DNA of 64,000 nt from Eledone cirrhosa (lineage: Eukaryota). This document shows, piece by piece, positions 55,695 through 64,000 of this stretch. Made by a program: the position numbers and the translations under genes. Position 1 is the first letter of the stretch. Every line of letters begins with the position of its first letter. The stretch covers positions 160,270,001 through 160,334,000 of the forward strand of contig OZ024741.1 of assembly GCA_964016885.1 (NCBI GenBank), in the 5' to 3' direction. Under the pieces are notes generated by a model. The model saw only the letters and a program-made list of their open reading frames with translations. It was not told the DNA's origin and ran no database searches.

Positions 55695-56740
55695 ATATAG
55701 TTGTAGTTGTAGTTGTTTTTTGTTTCTTTTTATCGTTGTTTTGGTTGTTGTTGTTGTTGTTGTTATGTTGTTGTTGTTGTTGTTGTTGCTTCTCTTGTTG
55801 TTGCTGTTGTTGTTGTTGTTGTTGCTGCTCTTGTTGTTGCTGTTGTTGTTGTTGTTGTTGTTGCTGCTGCTGCTGCTGCGTACTCATATGCACCTTGTTG
55901 TGATTGCTGCTTACTGAGTTGTTATTCGTTTTGTTGTTGCAGTGGTTGTGGCGGTTTTGCTAGTGGTGCTGCTGCTATTGTGGCGGTTGTGTTGGTGGTT
56001 GTGGTCGTGATAGTGGTGGTGATGGTGGTGGCGATAGTGGTGGTGGTGGTGGTGGTGGTGGTGGTGGTGGTGGTGGTGGTGGTGGTAGTGGTGGTGGTGG
56101 TGGTGGTAGTGGTGGTGGTGGTGGTGGTGGTGGTGGTGGTAGTGGTGGTGGTGGTGGTGGTGGTGGCGATCGTTGTCGTCGTCGCGTTGGTGCTCCTGCT
56201 GTCGTGGTGGTAGTTTGGTGGTGGTGGTGGTGGTGGTGGTGGTAGTGGTGGTGACGATAGTGGTGGTGGTGATCGTTGTCGTCGTTGCGTTGGTGTTTCT
56301 GCTGTTGTGGTGGCGGTGATGGTGGTGGTGGTAGTGGTGGTGGCGATCGTTTTCGTCGTCGCGTTGGGGCTCCTGCTGTTGTGGCGGTAGTGTTGGTGGT
56401 GGTGGTGGTGGTGGAGATAGTGGTGGTAGTGGCGATAGTGGTGGTGGGATGGTGGTGATTGTCGTCGTCATCGCGTTGGTGCTCCTGCTGTTGGTTGTGG
56501 TGGTAGTGGTGGTGCTGCTGTTGGCGGTGGTCTCGCTGGTGGTTAGTGATGTTGATGGTGATGATGGGGATTGTGGTGGGTGGGGGTGATTATTCCGATT
56601 GCTATTGTCATTGTGTATTTGCTTTTATTCAAACTACTATTGTTAATTTTACAGGTTTTTAATTTACTGCTCTTGTACTTGTTAATGTTGTTGATGTTAT
56701 TATTATTGGTGTTGTTGTTGTTGTTGTTGCTGTTGCTGTT
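55695..56740. repeat. (GTT)n/(GCT)n/(GGT)n trinucleotide repeat field
   Basis: Direct reading; explains the polyV/H/Q/C ORFs. Confidence 0.9.
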
Positions 56741-56850
56741 TCAATTGAATGGACTGGGGGTTAATACAATTGAAATATTGCATCAGGAAAATATTTTCAA
56801 TAAGAGAAAGAGAAAAAGATAGATAGATAGCTAGATAAATAGATTGATAA

Positions 56851-56891
<41 letters not shown>

Positions 56892-56892
<1 letters not shown>

Positions 56893-59417
56893 TTCTTTAT
56901 TTACCATAAAGGCATAAAAAGAAGGGACAAATACAAAGGGGGAGTTTACATATAATCGAGTAAAAAGGGTGTAACATGAAAATAATCGAAAATAACCTCA
57001 AAAGGGAGGGGACGTGATGGGGGTTGCACACACCCCCGAAAAAGTGTGCAATCCTTTGCCCGGGGAGCACATGGAGAAGGTGCTCCCCTCTCCTTTACTT
57101 CTTTACCTACAGGATGGTATACAGAGAAGGCCCATTTACACGAGCCATTCTCGCCACTATCACCCACCTTTCATAAAACTGCCTGTGGCCAAGCACCTCT
57201 CTCTCCATTCTTATCCTTCTTCCGAAGTGATATCGGAAGAAGTAGACCAGACTATGGCCAGAGAGGAAGTTGCCTGACCTCAGACCTTTCAATCGTGTCC
57301 ACCAAACAACCTCTTTCAACATGGCTATTACGCACAGAAAAACCGCCTTTGCTTCCTTTGTGAAGAGGGGAGGCGGTTTGATTGTCATCACGGACTCGGC
57401 GGTCAATTTAATCGGCGCCACCCGCGACAGCAGTTGTTCGGCGTAGCCCCACAGATCAGCCACGCCCGGAGATTGCACCAATGCGTGCGCTACGGTTTCT
57501 TCGTGACGCACGCATCTAGGGCAAATCTTTTTTGAGGGATCCCTGCCCGGGCGCCCGTGTCTGTAGAGCCTCTCTCGAACGGGTAGAGCCCCTCGGTAGC
57601 ACTGCCAGGCCAGTGACTTCTGGAAGTTGTCCATTGGTCCTGGGCCGAAAGTCCTACCGAACAGGCTGGCCAGTTCGTCTTCTTCCATGTCCAGCGACTC
57701 TCCAAGGGTATCATCGCCCCTGCTAGCCACCAGCCCTCTATAGAATGATGAGGTGGATTCTCCACCGATGGCCTGGCCCGCTTGCCAGAGAGCCCTGAGC
57801 GCCTGAGCACACTCAGTGTGCCAGTCTCCCAGTTTTCCGGATCTTTGCTTGACCCAGGACTGTAGCTCGGTGAGTAAGACGAGTCTCGGAAAGGCTCGTT
57901 TCACGAACGGAGCCCACACCGGTTGACCAGTGAGGAATACCTGTAGGTGCCGTAGCCTTAATGCGTGCCTACGCATCATCAACCACGGCATCCCCAGCCC
58001 TCCTTTCGAAGGTTGTTGGCAGCAGATGGATCTTCTCACCATAGGAGGACGCTTCTTCCAAAGAAATTGGAAGAGCATGCGTTCCATGGTGGTGAGTGTT
58101 TCCTTAGGGCAAGGCACGACAGTCAGGCGGTAGTAAGTGACGGACGCTATGTAAATGTTCGCCACCTCCGCCCGGCCTTTTAGGGACAGCTTACACTTGG
58201 CCCATTTCTGGGTTAGTGCAAACACCTTGTTCGTAACCTCGTTCAAGTTCTTTTCCACCTGGAGGTCCGGTCCAAACCAGACCCCAAGCAACTTTACCGG
58301 GCCCTCCGTCCAGTGTCCGACGACACCGTCAGGAGGCATCGGTTTGCCTCTCCACGTTCCGAGTTGCAGCCCGATGGATTTTTCCCGGTTCAGTTTCGCT
58401 CCTGACAACCTTTCGTACTCCTCCAGTAAGGTACCGATCGCCTCGATCTCCGAGTCGGTTGATACCATTACTGTTACGTCATCGGCGTAGGCCGACACCG
58501 CTTTGCTCAATTCTGGTTCCAGGGGGATACCCTGCAACAACTCCAACTTCCTCAGTAAAGGCTCGAGAGTCAATACGTACAGAAGGGAGGAGAGAGGGCA
58601 CCCCTGTCGAATGGATCGTGTGATTTCGAACGGCTTCGAAAGGTAGCCGTTCACCTTGATCCTAGAACAGATGTGGTTGCTATGTATGGCAGTGATCCAG
58701 CCTCTGAAAACAGGACCGAACCCAGCCGCCGCTAGCACCGCATCCAGGTAACCATGGTCGACCCTATCGAAGGCCTTAGACTGATCCAAGTTGATCAGGG
58801 CCCCACCGAAGCCGGGTTTGTTGCCAACCCTCTCTATGATGTATCGCATGAGGTGGAGGTTATCGTGAATGGACCTGGATGGGATAGCACATGTCTGCGC
58901 ATCTCCCACCAGGCCACCCACGACAAGCGCCAACCTCTTTGCTAACACCTTGGCCAAAATCTTTAACTCTGTGTTTAGCAGGGTTATGGGCCGAAAATTA
59001 TTTATACTATCCCCCTTGTTCTCGTCCTTCCTCACCAGCGTGACTACGCCCTTGGCTACAGAACAAGGAATTCTCCCGTTCTGCTGCCAATTGCAGTAGA
59101 CCGCTTCGAGGAGTTCGGAGAAGAAGACCGGCATTGCTAAATAAAGTTCGTAAGGTATACCATCGAGACCTGGAGATTTGCGTCTGCTGCATTGGCTCAG
59201 CGCATCTCCGATCTCATCAGCCGAGATTGGTCCCTCGCAGGACTCTGCCTCTTCGCTCGAGAGACGCGGCAGGCCGTCGAGGTATGGACCGAAATCCACG
59301 CCCCGGCCCGGACCCTCGCCTCCCCCGAACAATCGGGCAAAGTGCTTTTGAAAGGCCTCGCACATCTGCTTAGGCTCCCGGATCACTCGTCCATCTTCGT
59401 CTTGCAACGACCGGAAT
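56892..59417 (-). mobile_element. 5'-truncated Tx1/L1-type LINE with open RT-containing frame (59417-57107)
   Basis: KSPGLDG, NFRPITLLN, LDQSKAFD, RQGCPLS, AYADD, CPRC..H; flanked by (GATA)n on both sides. Confidence 0.92.
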
Positions 59418-59477
<60 letters not shown>

Positions 59478-59481
59478 CTAA

Positions 59482-59551
<70 letters not shown>

Positions 59552-59784
59552 TTCTTTATTAGCCACAAGGGCGCAACAAGAAAGGGGACAATACAAAGAC
59601 ATGCCGGGGATTTTACATACAGTCGTGTAAAAAATATAAAAACAAACAATTTCAACAATCGAAATCCCCAATAGGGGGGAGGAGCCACAAATGGGTTGTT
59701 TAATACCCCGTCGATAGAACAACCCTCAACTCAAGGAGCGTGTTGTGCAAGTGCTCCTTTCTTCCTTTTGCTCTCTTCCTCAAC

Positions 59785-62700
59785 CTACAGGCTTATAAAC
59801 AGAGAAGGCCCAATCACTCGGGCCATTTTCGCTTCATTCACCCACCTTTCAGTAAATTTACTGGGGTGCAGTGCCTCTCTCTCCACCCTGATTCTCCTTC
59901 TAAAGTGATACTTAAAGAATGGAATCAATTGTTGTCCGGAGAGAAAGGCATCTGTCCTCAGTCCTCTCAACCTCGTCCACCATATAACTTCTTTCACCAT
60001 AGCCACCGTACAGAGGAAAACCGCCTCTCTTTCGTTTTTTAAAGAGTCTGGCGGTTTGATCCTTACTATGGACTCGGCATTCAACTGTATTTGTCCCATA
60101 CGCGACAGCAGTTGTTCTGCATAGTTCCACAGGTCGCTTACGCCCGGGCAGTGTACAATTGCGTGCAGAACTGTTTCAATGTCCTGCGCACATCTTGGAC
60201 ACGTCCTCTTGGAAGGCTCCCTGCCAGGGCGTCCGTGCCTGTAGATCTTGTCACGAACCGGTAGAGCTCCTCGGTAGCACTGCCAGGCCAGGGACCTCTG
60301 GAAGTTGTCCATAGGTCCCGGGCGGAAAGTCCTACCAAACATACTGGTGAGCTCATCGTCTTCGACGCCCAGAGTCTCTCCGAGCACGTCGTCGCCCTTG
60401 TAACGTACAATCCCTCTATAGAATGTCGAAGTGGAGTCTCCACTGATTGCTGCGCCCGCTTGCCAGAGGACTGTGAGCGCCTGAGCGCATTCAATGTGCC
60501 AGGCGTCCATCGTTTTCGGTCTTTTCTTCACCCAGGACTGCAGCTCCGTTAGCGAGACGAGCTGTGGGAAAGCCTGTCTCACAAACGGTGCCCACACCGG
60601 TTGGGGGTCGGTGAGGAATACCTGGAGATGCCGCAGCCTCAGCGCATGTTTGCGCATCATCAGCCACGGCATTCCCAGCCCTCCGTTGGAAGGGTGCTGA
60701 CAGCAGACGGATCTCCTCACCAGCGGAGCCTGCTTCTTCCACAGAAACTGGAAGAGCATGCGTTCCATCTTGGCGAGGTGTTCACGGGGACAAGGCACGA
60801 CAGTCAAGCGGTAGTAGATGACGGACGCTATGAAAGTGTTCGCCACCTCCGCTCGACCTTTCAAGGACAGTTTGCACTCTGCCCACTTCTGAGTGAGTGC
60901 AAACACCTTGGCCGTGACCTCGTTCCAGTTTTTCTCCACCTGGAGGTCTGGACCGAACCAGACCCCGAGCAATTTCACCGGTCCGTCCGTCCAGCGTCCA
61001 ACGACGCTGTCGGATGTCATCGGTTTGCCTCTCCACGTACCGAGTTGCAAACCGACAGACTTGTCTGGGTTTAGTTTTGCTCCCGTCAGCGTTTCGTATT
61101 CTTTCAGTATGTTGCCGATCACCCCGATTTCCGAGGTGCTCGACACCATTACTGTCACGTCGTCGGCATAAGCCGACGCCGCTTTGCGCAGTCCCGGTTC
61201 TAGGGGGATGCCCTGCAACAGCTCCAATTTCCGCAGTAGTGACTCTAGAGTCAATACATACAGAATGGAGGAGAGAGGGCATCCCTGTCGAATGGAACGC
61301 GTGATTGCGAACGGCTCCGATAGGTAGCCGTTCACCTTGTCCCTCGAGCAGATGCTGGTGTGCATCGCCTCGATCCATCCTCTGAACACGGGACCGAAAC
61401 CGGCCGCCTTGAGAACCGCTTCCAAGTATCGATGGTCGACCCTATCGAATGCCTTAGACTGATCCAAGTTGATCAGAGCCCCACCGAAGCCGGGTTTACT
61501 ACCCACCCTCTCTATGATGTATCGCATGAGGTGGAGGTTGTCGTGTATGGACCTGGTCGGGATTGCACACGTTTGCGCTTTCCCTACCAGGTTCTCGACG
61601 ACAAGCGCCAACCTCGTCGCTAGCACCTTGGCCAAAATCTTTAACTCTGTGTTGAGCAGAGTTATGGGCCTGAAGTTGTTAATTTCGTCCCCCTTGTTCT
61701 CGTCTTTCCTGATCAGCGTTACTACGCCCTTGCCTGCAGAACTGGGAATTCTCCCGTTCTGCTGCCAATTGCAGTAGACGGCTTCGAGGACGCCAGAGAA
61801 CAAGTCCGGCATGCCTATGTAAAATTCGTAGGGTAGACCATCTAGACCGGATGACTTGCGTTTCCCGCAGCGGCCCAGAGCGTCCCGTATCTCAGTGTCC
61901 GTGATCGGTCTTTCGCAGAACTCGGCGTCCGTGTTCGAGAGACGCGGCAGGCCGTCGAGGTATGAACTAAAGTCCATTGCCCCGTTCGGCTCACCGTCGT
62001 TCTGCTCAAACAGTCGCGCAAAGTGCCGCTGAAAGGCCGCGCACATTTGCTTGGGGTCAAGTAGCACGCTTCCGTTTTGGTCTTTCAAAGACCGAATCGT
62101 GGACTTGTTGCCACTTTTTGCCTCCGCCACTCGGGCCCAGCTGACAGCTTTCGCTCCTTCGTTTCCTAGAGCACGTGTTTTGCTTCTGACCACGCAGCCT
62201 TCGTGTTTCGCATCGAAGAACTGGTCCAGTGCCGTTCTCGACGCTAACACTCTAGCCGCGTTGCCACTTCTAAGTGCCTCCTCTACCTTGGCTACTAGTT
62301 CTCTTTCTATTCTGTTTTTCTCTAAGGCTAACTCTCTGCTATACCCTATCGATTCTATTCTAATTGCTTTCTTGAGAGAGTACCACCATCTATTGTTGAC
62401 GATGGCTCCCGTTAACTGTTGCTTGACTAGTTTACTTATCCGTTCACTGTAAGCTTTACGTGCCGGCAACGACACGTTCAGCTTCCAGTATCCGGGACCC
62501 TGTCTATGTATTCTATCACGGTTGACTAAGCAGACGACTAACTTGTGATCTGAATAGGCAACCATGTGCATTCGTGGACAGCTTAACATATCCTTGTCCC
62601 TTTCTCTAATGAAGAACCTATCTAAATACGATCTAGATGTCCCACTGCGGTTTACCCACGTCCACTGTGGTGCAGTCGGGAAATCCAGTCGATACCTATC

Positions 62701-63231
62701 GGCCAGTTGGAATTGGCCGATTAAAGTTTTGAGGCTGTTGCACCCCGCTCTACTGGGACATGCTCCCACATAGTCCCATCGTGCATCTAGGATACCATTC
62801 CAGTCCCCCACTAAAAGTAAGGAGCGAGACGTTCCCAGAAAAGACTCTAGACGCTTAAAGAAGTCTGGCCGTGATTGCGATTGCCCGGTCGGGGCATAAA
62901 CGGCCACCAGTCTGAAGGCTCCACCTCCGATACTGTTCACGTCTAGGACTACCAGTCTACCCTCCGGGTCCAAGTGTACTTGCTGTACTCCGACGTCCAG
63001 GTTCTTCCGAAACATAATAGCCACTCCACCTCCACCTCCTGGCTGACAGAGAGATGCGTAGATCTCAAAGTCGTCGAAGATGGGGGTTAGTTGCTGCCTG
63101 TTGTGGATTCTGGACTCGGTGATGGCTATCACATCCATACTGTGTGACCTAAGGTCGTTTAAAAGTTGGCCCTGTTTCCAGGGCATCCCTAGGCCACGCA
63201 CATTCACGGTTCCAACTCGTAAACCAGCCAT
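59785..63231 (-). CDS. LINE ORF2: APE endonuclease + reverse transcriptase + C-terminal zinc knuckle (1148 aa)
   Basis: TVNVRGL, ITES, VYAP, GDWN, YLDRF, SDHK; PGYWKLN; LDQSKAFD, QGCPLS, YADD; CPRC-X8-H-X4-C. Confidence 0.95.
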   Translation of the reverse strand: MAGLRVGTVNVRGLGMPWKQGQLLNDLRSHSMDVIAITESRIHNRQQLTPIFDDFEIYASLCQPGGGGGVAIMFRKNLDVGVQQVHLDPEGRLVVLDVNSIGGGAFRLVAVYAPTGQSQSRPDFFKRLESFLGTSRSLLLVGDWNGILDARWDYVGACPSRAGCNSLKTLIGQFQLADRYRLDFPTAPQWTWVNRSGTSRSYLDRFFIRERDKDMLSCPRMHMVAYSDHKLVVCLVNRDRIHRQGPGYWKLNVSLPARKAYSERISKLVKQQLTGAIVNNRWWYSLKKAIRIESIGYSRELALEKNRIERELVAKVEEALRSGNAARVLASRTALDQFFDAKHEGCVVRSKTRALGNEGAKAVSWARVAEAKSGNKSTIRSLKDQNGSVLLDPKQMCAAFQRHFARLFEQNDGEPNGAMDFSSYLDGLPRLSNTDAEFCERPITDTEIRDALGRCGKRKSSGLDGLPYEFYIGMPDLFSGVLEAVYCNWQQNGRIPSSAGKGVVTLIRKDENKGDEINNFRPITLLNTELKILAKVLATRLALVVENLVGKAQTCAIPTRSIHDNLHLMRYIIERVGSKPGFGGALINLDQSKAFDRVDHRYLEAVLKAAGFGPVFRGWIEAMHTSICSRDKVNGYLSEPFAITRSIRQGCPLSSILYVLTLESLLRKLELLQGIPLEPGLRKAASAYADDVTVMVSSTSEIGVIGNILKEYETLTGAKLNPDKSVGLQLGTWRGKPMTSDSVVGRWTDGPVKLLGVWFGPDLQVEKNWNEVTAKVFALTQKWAECKLSLKGRAEVANTFIASVIYYRLTVVPCPREHLAKMERMLFQFLWKKQAPLVRRSVCCQHPSNGGLGMPWLMMRKHALRLRHLQVFLTDPQPVWAPFVRQAFPQLVSLTELQSWVKKRPKTMDAWHIECAQALTVLWQAGAAISGDSTSTFYRGIVRYKGDDVLGETLGVEDDELTSMFGRTFRPGPMDNFQRSLAWQCYRGALPVRDKIYRHGRPGREPSKRTCPRCAQDIETVLHAIVHCPGVSDLWNYAEQLLSRMGQIQLNAESIVRIKPPDSLKNEREAVFLCTVAMVKEVIWWTRLRGLRTDAFLSGQQLIPFFKYHFRRRIRVEREALHPSKFTERWVNEAKMARVIGPSLFISL

Positions 63232-63272
63232 GTTGGTGAAGAAAAGTTGGAGAAAAAGGACGAAAGGTGCAC

Positions 63273-64000
63273 TTACCTTTTCGTTTCCTGGAGATCGGGT
63301 TGTTCAATCTCCATTTGGGTGCTGGATGGGGTGTTGGGTGGGGTGGGGAAACATTTCAACAGGACGCGGTTGATGGGTTTGTGGCAGGGGTTGCCCACGT
63401 CCTGTGAACATTTAATTTTCAGGTCTTTATAGGTTTCTATAGAAACCCTTATAAGTTTAAGGTGTGGAGACGATTCTGCCTTGACGAAAGTTTTGCCCTC
63501 CGTCTCCACCTTGGGGTTTTGGGAGATGACCTCCATCAAACTCTTGTTGTTTGTGTTGATGTATGCGTATTGTTGTTTGTGTTTTTGTTGTATTGTTTTA
63601 GTTTGTTGTTCATCTGGGAGTTTTCTTTTTATGGTGGGTGCTTGTGTTTGGGGTGGTGTTGGTGCTGGTTTTGCTGATAGGGGGGTGTTTGACTGTGGTG
63701 TTGTTTGTGTTGTTGTTTGTGTCTGTGGTTGTGTGTTGGTGTTGGTGATTGGAGTTTTGGGGGTTTTGTGGTGTCTCTTTTTTTGTTTTTTGGATTTCCG
63801 CGGTTCTCCCTCTTCTTCACTTAAAGAAGGAGAAGCAGCTTCATCCGTCGATGAATAATCATCGTCAGGTGTGTGGGGTAAGGGTATGTTGTGTGGTGGT
63901 GGAGGTGTTTCGGTATGTGTGTTTGTAGTAGTGTTTGATGGAGTGGGATGGAGTGGGGATGTATTCTTCAGGGGTGTTGTCTCTGTTTTTTCTGTTGTTG
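63273..64000 (-). CDS. LINE ORF1 C-terminal part (low-complexity T/P/Q/K-rich), truncated by window edge
   Basis: Manually read open frame ...SLSEEEGEPRKSKKQKKRHH...NKSLMEVISQ...LQETKR* ending 41 nt before the ORF2 ATG. Confidence 0.65.
   Translation of the reverse strand, partial: TTEKTETTPLKNTSPLHPTPSNTTTNTHTETPPPPHNIPLPHTPDDDYSSTDEAASPSLSEEEGEPRKSKKQKKRHHKTPKTPITNTNTQPQTQTTTQTTPQSNTPLSAKPAPTPPQTQAPTIKRKLPDEQQTKTIQQKHKQQYAYINTNNKSLMEVISQNPKVETEGKTFVKAESSPHLKLIRVSIETYKDLKIKCSQDVGNPCHKPINRVLLKCFPTPPNTPSSTQMEIEQPDLQETKR

Larger units (their letters stand above)
59551..64000 (-). mobile_element. Tx1/L1-type LINE, apparently intact (5' part beyond window)
   Basis: ORF1 tail, 41-nt spacer, ORF2, ~230-nt 3' UTR ending AATAAAGAAA then (TCTA)n. 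Confidence 0.93.

Noticed and set aside
59418-59722. N-terminal ~100 aa of the 871-aa ORF (57107-59722)
   Set aside because: Chance read-through from the upstream LINE's 3' UTR across (TCTA)n (IYLS repeats) into a 5'-truncated ORF2; homology starts at ~59417

Overview
This is eukaryotic, AT-rich, microsatellite-saturated DNA with no confidently identifiable host gene. The SINE type and the (TA)n/(TACA)n/(TAGA)n load suggest an octopus-like cephalopod (inference). Most ORFs in the supplied track are microsatellite translations. Real coding content is transposon-derived: a Tx1/L1-type LINE with intact 1148-aa ORF2 plus three truncated relatives, all in (TAGA)n; two decayed Penelope-like elements (RT + GIY-YIG); and RTE, Hero/NeSL-like and hAT-like remnants. 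The main hidden signal is RNA-structural. By eye I count roughly 35-40 minimal type I hammerhead-ribozyme (HHR) motifs (stem I-CUGANGA-stem II-GAAA-short, often palindromic stem III-NUH-stem I) from more than 10 sequence families, most in short non-coding elements inserted into (TA)n. Many are arranged as tail-out fold-backs. The most striking is a 3.4-kb array of near-identical 310-bp HHR units (4 minus, 7 plus ribozymes) that flips polarity at the base of the ribozyme hairpin and sits right behind a Penelope element. This looks like a Penelope-driven, (TA)n-targeted retrozyme-like system with bidirectional insertion and several non-canonical catalytic cores (U3-A8, G9, C4). All folds were assigned by eye and none is tested for activity.
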